From assembly GCA_947259365.1 (NCBI GenBank), contig CAMYMC010000021.1, forward strand, positions 135,816-199,815: 64,000 nt of DNA, read 5' to 3'. Numbering within the stretch: position 1 is the stretch's first letter; each line of letters starts with the position of its first letter. This document shows, one piece after another, positions 43,672 through 51,748 of the stretch. This DNA is from an uncultured Acidimicrobiaceae bacterium (GTDB taxonomy: Bacteria; Actinomycetota; Acidimicrobiia; Spongiisociales; UBA5794). Both the position numbers and the translations under genes were made by a program. The notes beneath the pieces were generated by a model. The model was not told the origin of the DNA, searched no databases, and saw nothing but the letters and a program-made list of their open reading frames with translations.

Positions 43672-44274
43672 CTACCTCCCCACCTTCGTGAGGGGGCGTC
43701 CGTAGGGCGAGACCGGCTCCGGCTTCGGGGTCGTGACCCGCTTGCCCGCCCGGACCTGCCACTGGTACATGGCGAAGACGATGAGTCCGGTGATGACGAG
43801 GTGGTAGATGCCGGACACCGCGTCCTTGACGGCGGCGTACGAGATGGACACCTCGTTGTTGAGCATGAGCCACTTCGGGAGCGTGATCGCGATCCTCTGC
43901 GGCGTCCACTCCCACACCGATTGCGTCAGCGTGAGCCACTCGTTGGGCACGAGTCCGTAGAGGATCATCATCAGGGTGGTGAAGAGAGTGGCGCCGAGCG
44001 AGGCCCGGGCCCACGTCATCTCCCGCTGGTAGAGGAAGGCCACGGCGACGCCCGCGATGAGGACGAGACCGCCGGCGAGGGAGATGACCTGGCCGATGAC
44101 GACCCACTGCCATCCCCGGGGTATGGCCGGGTAGATCTCCGCACCGACATCGTTGAGTTCTGACAAGCCGGTGAAGTGGGCGAACAGCGCCCCGGCGATC
44201 GTCACGAAGCCACCGGCGAGGATGGCGGCGATCCCGATCCTGCGGTACTTGTTCAGCTCGCGGATGTCGGTCAT
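43672..44274 (-). CDS. hypothetical membrane protein, first gene of the bc-type operon
   Basis: About 200 aa from the ATG (MTDIRELNKYRR), with 5-6 TM helices. Its stop lies 3 nt before the ferredoxin start. Confidence 0.6.
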   Translation of the reverse strand: MTDIRELNKYRRIGIAAILAGGFVTIAGALFAHFTGLSELNDVGAEIYPAIPRGWQWVVIGQVISLAGGLVLIAGVAVAFLYQREMTWARASLGATLFTTLMMILYGLVPNEWLTLTQSVWEWTPQRIAITLPKWLMLNNEVSISYAAVKDAVSGIYHLVITGLIVFAMYQWQVRAGKRVTTPKPEPVSPYGRPLTKVGR

Positions 44275-44486
44275 TTCGGCGGCATCGCTCCGTGGCGTCG
44301 GGACCGTGTCGGGTCGGCTCGCGACCGTACCGCTCGGCATTCTACGCACGGCTCACGGCGACACGAACTCGGCCCCGGACGGCACGGAGATGGATTCACC
44401 GCGCCGGCGCGGCGAAGCTAGGCTGCCCTCCGCCGCGCCACAGGACTGTGGGACGAACCAGTGCGTACGGGGAGGAGCCACGGGCG

Positions 44487-46427
44487 GTGACGACCGATAC
44501 CTTGGCCGACTCACCGGAGACGGCCGACCCGCAGCCTGAGCCCTCGTACACACCGGAATCCGACGGAGCCAGCCGGCTCCACCTGCTCGTCTCCTTCGCG
44601 TTCCTCCTCGAGGCGCTCCTCGCCGGCCTCCTGCTCGCCGCTCGCTTCGTCGAGCCGGATCTCCTCGGTGATGTCGCGTTCTTGTCGTCCGGCCGGCTGC
44701 AGCCCGTCGCGACGCATCTGTTCGTCTACGGCTGGGTCACGATCGGGCTCCTCGGGGCCGCCTACTACGTACTGCCCCGGGTGAGCGGCGCACCGCTGCG
44801 GAGTCCTGGTCGGGCCGGGGTCGCCCTCGTCCTGCTCACCGTCGGGTACGCCGCAGGCGCCGTCGGCATCGCCCTCGGGATGAGCGAGGGCCGTCGTCTC
44901 CTCGAGGCGCCGCTGTGGGCCGACGTCATCGTCCTGGCCGGTCTCCTCGCCGCCGCCTCGATCGTGACGGCCACTGTCCGCCAGCGCACCGACCTGGGTC
45001 CGGCCCAATGGTATTTCACCGCGGCGACGTGGTGGCTCGTGCTCCTCCACGTCGTCGGGAACATTCCCGGCGTCGCCGGCGTGGGATCGGCGCTGCAGAC
45101 ATCGTTCTACCGCGCGGGCCTCATCGGGCTCTGGGTGGCCGCCGCCGGCGTCGGCGTCGTGTATTACGTCATCCCGAGGTTGACGGGCCGGACGGCCCTC
45201 GCCCCGACGCAGATGTCGGTCATCGGTCTCTGGTCGCTCGCCTTCGTGTGGGCGCTCACCGCTCCCTCCGACCTCACCTACGGACCGACGCCGGACTGGC
45301 TCGACACGGTGAGCGTCATCTTCGCCATCGGGATGGTCATCCCGGTGGCCGTGATCATCGCCGACGTCGTGACCGCGATGCGGGGCAGGTGGGTCGACGT
45401 CTCGGGGACCATCACCATCCGCTACCTCATGGCCGGTGCGGTCGCGCTCGGGCTCATCCCGGCCGTCAACCTCCTCGTCGCCCTGCGCGGCCCCTCGACC
45501 GTCGTCGGTTTCACGGACTGGGCGCCCGCCATCGATTTCCTCGCCGTGGGGCTGGCGGCCACGTTCTGGCTGCTGGCCTACGTCGCCGTCGCCGCCCCCG
45601 ACCTCAGGATCGGGGGTCCGCCTCTGACCCGGTGGCCGTATCGGGTGACCGTCCTCGGCGGCGCGCTGTTCGTCGCCGGCTTGCTTCTCGGCGGTGCGCT
45701 TGCCGGGCTCACCTGGCTCGGTGGCGCCAACTCGGGGGTGTATGCCAACACCGGCGACGGGTTCCAAGCGACGGCGAGGGCTCTCGAGGGCATCTACGTC
45801 ATGCGCCTCGTCGGCTACGCGATCTACGCCTACGGTCTGTTCTGGTTCGCTCTCAGCCTCGTCCGCAGACGTGCCCTGGACGCGTCGCGGCCGGTGACCC
45901 GCTACGGCTCCGACATCGAGCTCGACCCCGAGGTCGTTCTGCGCAAACCGCTGCGACTCGGCAGCCTGGCCGGCACCGGGCTGGCCTTGTTCGGGGCCGC
46001 GGTGCTGTTCGCCTTCGTCGTGCCGGCGCTCGAAACCGGTGGCGCCGAGCCAACTCTCCTCGCCGATGAGCACAGGCTCTACGTCGAGGGGACCGCAGCG
46101 GCCGAAGGGCGTGAGGTGTATCTCCGCGAGGGCTGCCAGGTATGCCACACGCAGGCAGTGCGCCCGATCGTGACCGACGTCGGGCTCGGCGCCGTCGGCG
46201 TGCCCGGTGACTACGCCCACGAGGTCCCGGCCGCGATCGGCTCGACGCGCGTGGGGCCAGACCTCATGCACGCCGCCGCGGGGTCCGTCGCCGCGGACGC
46301 CGCCGCGCTCGAGGCTTACCTCGTCGACCCCCGCGCCGTGCGGTCGTGGTCCATCATGCCCGCGTACGCCCACCTGTCCGACGCCGACCGCGACGCACTC
46401 GTCGCCTACATCCTGACTCTCGACTGA
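44487..46427 (+). CDS. CcoN-like (heme-copper oxidase subunit I fold) / CcoO-like (FixO monoheme c) fusion; the CcoN-like part lacks active-site histidines
   Basis: GTG start 9 nt after GGGGAGGAG. The ~470-aa polytopic region has YYVLPR, YYVIPR, PDWLDT and FTDW landmarks. It is followed by a TM and then EVYLREGCQVCHTQAVRP...STRVGPDL...DPRAVRSWSIMPAY, a typical CcoO pattern. Confidence 0.75.
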   Translation: MTTDTLADSPETADPQPEPSYTPESDGASRLHLLVSFAFLLEALLAGLLLAARFVEPDLLGDVAFLSSGRLQPVATHLFVYGWVTIGLLGAAYYVLPRVSGAPLRSPGRAGVALVLLTVGYAAGAVGIALGMSEGRRLLEAPLWADVIVLAGLLAAASIVTATVRQRTDLGPAQWYFTAATWWLVLLHVVGNIPGVAGVGSALQTSFYRAGLIGLWVAAAGVGVVYYVIPRLTGRTALAPTQMSVIGLWSLAFVWALTAPSDLTYGPTPDWLDTVSVIFAIGMVIPVAVIIADVVTAMRGRWVDVSGTITIRYLMAGAVALGLIPAVNLLVALRGPSTVVGFTDWAPAIDFLAVGLAATFWLLAYVAVAAPDLRIGGPPLTRWPYRVTVLGGALFVAGLLLGGALAGLTWLGGANSGVYANTGDGFQATARALEGIYVMRLVGYAIYAYGLFWFALSLVRRRALDASRPVTRYGSDIELDPEVVLRKPLRLGSLAGTGLALFGAAVLFAFVVPALETGGAEPTLLADEHRLYVEGTAAAEGREVYLREGCQVCHTQAVRPIVTDVGLGAVGVPGDYAHEVPAAIGSTRVGPDLMHAAAGSVAADAAALEAYLVDPRAVRSWSIMPAYAHLSDADRDALVAYILTLD

Positions 46428-46436
46428 GCCGCGACC

Positions 46437-47348
46437 ATGGACGAACTCCTCCAGCTCATCTCCAACCGACTCGGTGTGCCGACCGATCTCCTCGAGCGTG
46501 CCGCAGCCGCCCGCGCCGCGGCGAGCGGCTCGGGCGCCGAGGACATCGTCCGCTCATGGGCCGGGGACGAGGCGCCGCTTCCGGCGGCCGCGGCCCCGCC
46601 GCCGCAGCCGGCGCCGGCCGCGCCCGTCGCTGCCGAGTCCGCTCCCGCCCCGCCCCCACCGGCACCGCCGGCCGCTACGGAGGCGGAGAGCCCGGCCGTC
46701 GAGGTGCTTCTCCCCGCCGAGCCGGCAGCCGGCGACAGTGACGACGGCGGCGAGGACGAGGCCGTGCAGCCGGCAGCGGCCGGCGATCGATCCACGGTGC
46801 TCAGCGGCTTCCCGCGCTGGCTCGCCGCCTCCTTCGTCCTCCTCCCGCTCGCCGCGCTCCTCTACGCGCTCGTGACTCCGAACGCCCCCGATTGCGGCAG
46901 TGCCGGCCAGCTCGCCGTCGACCCGGTCACGGGTGTCGCGGTGAACTGCGATGGCTCGCCGTACGGTGTCGACGCCGTCGACTTCTTCGCCATCGGCGAG
47001 GAGGTCTATTCCGGGAAGTGCGCCGCCTGCCACGGCGCCGCCGGCGGAGGCGGGGTGGGACCGGCGTTCACGGGCGGCGCTGTGCTCGCGACGTTCCCCG
47101 CATGCGGCGAGCACATCACGTGGGTCGAGATCGGCTCCATCGGCTGGCCCGACCCGACGTACGGCGCCAACAACACACCGGTGCTCGGCAGCGGCGCCGT
47201 GATGCCGGGCTTTGCCGCACCGGTGCTCACCGCCGAGGAGCTGGCGTCGGTCGTTCTCTACGAGCGCGTGGCCTTCGGGGGGGAAGCGCTGCCCGAAGCC
47301 GAGGGCGGCTGCGGACTCACCGGCGGCACGGTCGTCGCGGCACCCTGA
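46437..47348 (+). CDS. membrane-anchored monoheme cytochrome c (CcoP-position gene)
   Basis: 303 aa. The N-terminal module is GVPTDLLERAAAARAAASG, followed by an Ala/Pro-rich linker and a TM (WLAASFVLLPLAALLYALV). The heme motif is CAACH, and MPGF is present. Confidence 0.8.
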   Translation: MDELLQLISNRLGVPTDLLERAAAARAAASGSGAEDIVRSWAGDEAPLPAAAAPPPQPAPAAPVAAESAPAPPPPAPPAATEAESPAVEVLLPAEPAAGDSDDGGEDEAVQPAAAGDRSTVLSGFPRWLAASFVLLPLAALLYALVTPNAPDCGSAGQLAVDPVTGVAVNCDGSPYGVDAVDFFAIGEEVYSGKCAACHGAAGGGGVGPAFTGGAVLATFPACGEHITWVEIGSIGWPDPTYGANNTPVLGSGAVMPGFAAPVLTAEELASVVLYERVAFGGEALPEAEGGCGLTGGTVVAAP

Positions 47349-47627
47349 TCGGGGCGTGTCGCCTCGTCGCCACCCGGGTGAAGAGGATCACGGTGAAGCC
47401 GTTCATGGACATCAATACGATGATCGAGGAGCGGCTCCTCAGGTGTTGTGTCCACGTCGGCACGGTCGGCGAGCGTCATCAATGCGTGCCGTTCTGCGCC
47501 GCTCAGGCCTGGCCCCGGCTCGGCGCGATGAAGCTGGCGGCGGCGGGCGCCCGCCTCTGTCCCGTGGCCTGAGGAGGCGCAGAGACCGCATTCGCACCGA
47601 CGCCCGGATGGCGATCTCCGGTGCTGG

Positions 47628-48809
47628 TTGACTGGGCGGGTGCGGACCATCACCACGGCCGAGCGGAGGGCTCGTCTCGGGACGCGCCACGGGCTCGGCG
47701 TCGCCTTCCCAGATGTCGACGACGCCGCTGCCGCCGCCGTCGGGCTCCATTCGAGTGATCCGGCGACGGTGTTCCTCTCCGCCCGGGCCCGCTGCGACGG
47801 GTTGGAGGTGGGCGACCTCGAGAACGCCCTCTACGAGCGCCGCTCCCTCGTGCGGATGCTGGGCATGCGGCGGACGCTCTTCGTTGTCTCCCTCGAGGTC
47901 GCCGCGGAGATGGATGCCGCATGCACGAGAGCACTCGCGGGGACAGAAACCGCCCGTCTCGCCCGCATGCTCGAAGAACAGGGCATCGCGACGGACGGCG
48001 CCCGCTGGGTCGAGCGTGTCGAGCGCGACACCCTCGCCGCGGTCTCCGCCCGCAAGGAGGCCACCGCCGGCAAGCTCGGCGAGGACGTTCCGGAGCTGCG
48101 GCTCAAGCTCACCTTCGGTGAGGGCAAGACGTGGGGCGGCACGGTGGGGGTCTCCACCCGGGTGCTGTTCCTGCTCGCCACCAAAGGCCTCATCGTCAGG
48201 ACCCGCCCGCTGGGGACGTGGCTGTCGAGCCAGTACCGGTGGGCGCCGACGGAGGAGTGGATCGGCGGCCGGCTCGAGTCCCTCGAGACTGCAGACGCTG
48301 CAGCGAGACTGACGCGGCGCTGGCTCCGCTCCTACGGTCCCGGCACCCTCGCCGACCTGAAGTGGTGGACGGGGTGGACCGTGGCCCTCACCCGGCGGGC
48401 GCTTGCAGACGCGGGCGCCGTCGAGGTCGAGCTCGACGAAGGACCGGGCTTCGTCCTCGCCGACGACGTCGAACCGGTCACCGCGTCCCCGGACTGGGCA
48501 GCGCTCCTGCCCGGCCTCGACCCCGCCGTCATGGGGTGGAAGGACCGGGACTGGTACCTCGGCGGCCACGGCGCGGCGCTCTTCGACCGCAACGGCAACG
48601 CCGGGCCGACCGTCTGGTGGAACGGCAGGGTCGTCGGGGGGTGGGGGCAACGAGCCGACGGTGAGATGGCCGTTCGGCTGCTCGAGGACCCCGGGGCCGA
48701 GGCTCGGTCGCTCATCGATGCCGAGGCGGAGCGGCTCGCGACGTGGCTCGGTGACGTGCGGGTCACACCCCGGTTCCGCACCCCGGTCGAGAAGGAGCTC
48801 CGCGGCTGA
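47628..48809 (+). CDS. winged-helix DNA-binding domain protein (YcaQ/AlkZ-like DNA glycosylase family)
   Basis: 393 aa. Sequence includes LHSSDPATVFLSARAR, LYERRSLVRMLGMRRTLF, YRWAP, RRWLRSYGPGTLADLKWWTG and GPTVWWNGRVVGGW. The start is TTG at 47628 or GTG at 47640. Confidence 0.78.
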   Translation: MTGRVRTITTAERRARLGTRHGLGVAFPDVDDAAAAAVGLHSSDPATVFLSARARCDGLEVGDLENALYERRSLVRMLGMRRTLFVVSLEVAAEMDAACTRALAGTETARLARMLEEQGIATDGARWVERVERDTLAAVSARKEATAGKLGEDVPELRLKLTFGEGKTWGGTVGVSTRVLFLLATKGLIVRTRPLGTWLSSQYRWAPTEEWIGGRLESLETADAAARLTRRWLRSYGPGTLADLKWWTGWTVALTRRALADAGAVEVELDEGPGFVLADDVEPVTASPDWAALLPGLDPAVMGWKDRDWYLGGHGAALFDRNGNAGPTVWWNGRVVGGWGQRADGEMAVRLLEDPGAEARSLIDAEAERLATWLGDVRVTPRFRTPVEKELRG

Positions 48810-48879
48810 GCACGCCGGCCCCGGCGCCTTGCCGGTGCCGATTCCGTCTTGGCCTGGGTGCTCCCTAACCTCCCGCGTG

Positions 48880-50145
48880 ATGAGCCAGCAGCCCGACGTC
48901 GTGGTGGTCGGTGGCGGTCCCGGGGGGGCAGCCGCGGCGTACTGGCTCGCCCGCAAGGGCGCCTCGGTGCTCGTCGTCGAGAAGAAGTCGTACCCGAGGG
49001 AGAAGACGTGCGGCGACGGCTTGACGCCGCGGGCCGTCCGCCAGCTCATCGACATGGGCTACGACTTCGACGTCCCGGAGCTGCACCGGGTGACCGGGTT
49101 GCGGGCCTACGCCGGTGAGCTGACCATCGAGCTGCCCTGGCCGAGGCACACGATCTATCCCGATTGGGGCGTCGTCATCCGCCGGGCGGACCTCGACATG
49201 CACGTGGCCCGTCTCGCCGAGAAACAGGGCGCGGTCATCCGGGAGCGCACCGAGGCGGCGCCGGTGCTCGACGCAGGTGGGCGTCTGCGCGGCGTCTCGC
49301 TGCGCAGCGCCGACGCCGACGTCGAAGAGGTCGAGGTCCTGTCCCCGAAGGTCGTCGTCATCGCCGACGGGTCTCTGTCCCGGTTCGGCCGGGCCATGGG
49401 CGCGGTGCGCCGGCGCGACTACCCCTTCGGCCTCGCCGTGCGCGGTTACCACGCCAGCCGCAACTCGACGGATCCGATGCTGGAGAGCCAGCTCAACATC
49501 TTCGACTCCGAAGGGAGAGCGCTGCCCGGGTACGGGTGGATCTTCCCCCTCGGAGACGGGACCATCAACATCGGCGCCGGGGTCATCTCGAGTTTCAAGG
49601 GGTGGAAGGACGTCAACACGTCGAAGGTCCTCGACGCCTACATCGCGGGTCTGCCGGCGTACTGGGGCGTGGACGGCTCGTCGGAGATCACGAAACCTAT
49701 CGGAGGCAAGCTCCCGATGTCGTTCTCCGTCGCGCCGAAGGTCGGCCGCAACTGGCTCGCGGTCGGCGACGCCGTCGGCGCGGTGAACCCGTTCAACGGC
49801 GAGGGCATCGACTACGCCTACGAGACAGGTCGCATGGCGGCCGACGTCATCACGGAGGCGATCGGCGCGGACGATCTCACGCGGCTGACCCGGTACCGCG
49901 ACGCGCTCGAAGACGAGTACGGCGACTACCACCGGGTGGCGCGGGCGTTCGTCATCGCCGTCGGCAACCCGCGGGTGATGCGGACCCTCACCCGGACCGG
50001 TCTCCGCTCCCGGCCGCTCATGGAGTGGGTCCTCAAGGTGATGGCCAACCTCCTCGAGCCCGAGGACTACGGCATGGCGGAGCGGGTGTTCCACGCCATC
50101 GAGAAGATCGTCAAGGTCGGACCGGAGCCGCTGCTCAGGGCGTGA
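48880..50145 (+). CDS. geranylgeranyl reductase family FAD-dependent oxidoreductase (menaquinone-reductase-like)
   Basis: Sequence includes DVVVVGGGPGGAAAAYWLARKG, KTCGDGLTPRA, GYGWIFPLGDGTINIG and AVGDAVGAVNPFNGEGIDYA. Confidence 0.85.
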   Translation: MSQQPDVVVVGGGPGGAAAAYWLARKGASVLVVEKKSYPREKTCGDGLTPRAVRQLIDMGYDFDVPELHRVTGLRAYAGELTIELPWPRHTIYPDWGVVIRRADLDMHVARLAEKQGAVIRERTEAAPVLDAGGRLRGVSLRSADADVEEVEVLSPKVVVIADGSLSRFGRAMGAVRRRDYPFGLAVRGYHASRNSTDPMLESQLNIFDSEGRALPGYGWIFPLGDGTINIGAGVISSFKGWKDVNTSKVLDAYIAGLPAYWGVDGSSEITKPIGGKLPMSFSVAPKVGRNWLAVGDAVGAVNPFNGEGIDYAYETGRMAADVITEAIGADDLTRLTRYRDALEDEYGDYHRVARAFVIAVGNPRVMRTLTRTGLRSRPLMEWVLKVMANLLEPEDYGMAERVFHAIEKIVKVGPEPLLRA

Positions 50146-50276
50146 CGGCGCCCGGGCAGCGGCCCGCTGATCCCGCAGCGGATCGGGTCTTCGCTCCCAG
50201 TTCACCATCGGCGGGAAGGATTTTGGTGGTGCCTGCCGCGTTCCTAATCTCCGCTCCGGACGAGGAGTCTCCCGCC

Positions 50277-50699
50277 ATGACGCTTGCCGACTACCTGCCG
50301 ATCGCGCTGATGTTCGTGCTCGGCGTCGGGTTCGCCTCGGTCGCGATGTACTTCTCGTGGCGCATCGCACCGAAGAAGCCCACCCCGGAGAAGCTCGCAC
50401 CGTACGAGTGCGGCATCGTCCCCCTCCAGGAGCCGGCACAGCGGTTCCCCGTCAAGTTCTACATGGTGGCGATGCTCTTCGTCATCTTCGATGTCGAGAT
50501 CATCTTCCTGTTCGCCTGGGCCGTGCGTTTCGACCAGTTCGGGTGGGCCGGGATCGCAGCAGTCGGGATCTTCGTCGCGCTCCTCATCGAGACGCTCGTG
50601 TACGTCTGGAAGCGCGGCGCCTTGGACTGGAATGTTGCCCGGCGCGCCCGGTACCGCCGCGTGGTGGCACCGGAACGGGTGCAGGAGGAAGCCGCCTGA
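50277..50699 (+). CDS. nuoA: NADH-quinone oxidoreductase subunit A
   Basis: YECG and [11 protein letters not shown] motifs. GAGGAG lies 9 nt upstream of the ATG. Confidence 0.9.
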   Translation: MTLADYLPIALMFVLGVGFASVAMYFSWRIAPKKPTPEKLAPYECGIVPLQEPAQRFPVKFYMVAMLFVIFDVEIIFLFAWAVRFDQFGWAGIAAVGIFVALLIETLVYVWKRGALDWNVARRARYRRVVAPERVQEEAA

Positions 50700-51169
50700 T
50701 GGCAGGGAGGAGTGAGCCTCCCGGCTTTCTGCTCACGACTCTCGACAAGGGGGTCAACTGGGCCCGCACCCGCTCGATGTGGGGCGCCGTGTTCGGGCTG
50801 GCGTGCTGCGCGATCGAGATGATGGCCACCGGCGCCTCCCACAACGACCTCGGTCGCTTCGGGATGGAGGTGTTCCGGGCCTCTCCCCGCCAGGCAGATC
50901 TCATGATCGTCGCCGGGAGGGTGTCCCAGAAGATGGCGCCCGTCCTCCGCCAGGTCTACGACCAGATGTCGGAGCCGAAGTGGGTCATCTCGATGGGGGC
51001 GTGCGCCTCGACCGGCGGGATGTTCAACAACTACGCCCTCGTCCAGGGGGTGGATCAGGTCGTCCCTGTCGACATGTACGTCCCGGGGTGCCCGCCAGGT
51101 CCCCAGTCGCTCATGCACGGGATCCTGACGCTGCACGACAAGATCATGGCCGGCGACATCGACCGCTGA
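50699..51169 (+). CDS. nuoB: NADH-quinone oxidoreductase subunit B
   Basis: [20 protein letters not shown] and VPGCPP motifs. The ATG overlaps the nuoA stop. Confidence 0.92.
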   Translation: MAGRSEPPGFLLTTLDKGVNWARTRSMWGAVFGLACCAIEMMATGASHNDLGRFGMEVFRASPRQADLMIVAGRVSQKMAPVLRQVYDQMSEPKWVISMGACASTGGMFNNYALVQGVDQVVPVDMYVPGCPPGPQSLMHGILTLHDKIMAGDIDR

Positions 51170-51189
51170 GGACAACGGAGACCCAGGAC

Positions 51190-51741
51190 ATGACAGACGC
51201 ACCACAGACGGAGTCGCCGGCGGCGGATGAGCAGACCGCGGCGGCGGACCCGCCGGTCGACGTCGCCCTGGACGGCCTCGCTGCCGCCGTGCCGGGGGCG
51301 CGGTTCGAGCGGCTTGCAGCGCCCACCGGCCACGCTCAGGATGTCCTCGTCGTCGATCGCGACGGCTATCCGGACCTCGTCGCCGCCGTCCACGAAGCCG
51401 GCTACGACGTCTTCGTCGATCTGTGCGCCGTCGACTACCTCAGTCGCGATCCCCGCTTCGAGGTCGTCGTCGTCCTTCTCGATCACGACGCCGGCAGGCG
51501 GGTGCGGATCCGAACCGGAGTTCCCGGCGGCGACCCATCGATCGCGAGCATCACCCGGGTCTTCCCCGGCGCCAACTTCTACGAGCGGGAAGCCTTCGAC
51601 CTGTTCGGCATCGATTTCGAGGGCCACCCGGATCTGACCCGGATCCTCCTCCCCGACGACTGGGAGGGCCATCCCCTCCGCAAGGACTACCCGGTCGGCT
51701 CGGTCCCGGTGCAGTTCAAAGAGGCGCACAAGGTCACGTGA
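51190..51741 (+). CDS. nuoC: NADH-quinone oxidoreductase subunit C
   Basis: FPGANFYEREAFDLFGIDFEGHPDLTRILLPDDWEGHPLRKDYP. Confidence 0.9.
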   Translation: MTDAPQTESPAADEQTAAADPPVDVALDGLAAAVPGARFERLAAPTGHAQDVLVVDRDGYPDLVAAVHEAGYDVFVDLCAVDYLSRDPRFEVVVVLLDHDAGRRVRIRTGVPGGDPSIASITRVFPGANFYEREAFDLFGIDFEGHPDLTRILLPDDWEGHPLRKDYPVGSVPVQFKEAHKVT

Positions 51742-51748
51742 GGCAGCG

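Noticed and set aside
50146-50276. Rex operator (TTGTGAA-N-TTCACAA type) upstream of nuoA, and likewise at 44275..44486 and upstream of rex
   Set aside because: No convincing match was found by eye. Only isolated TTCAC pentamers occur.
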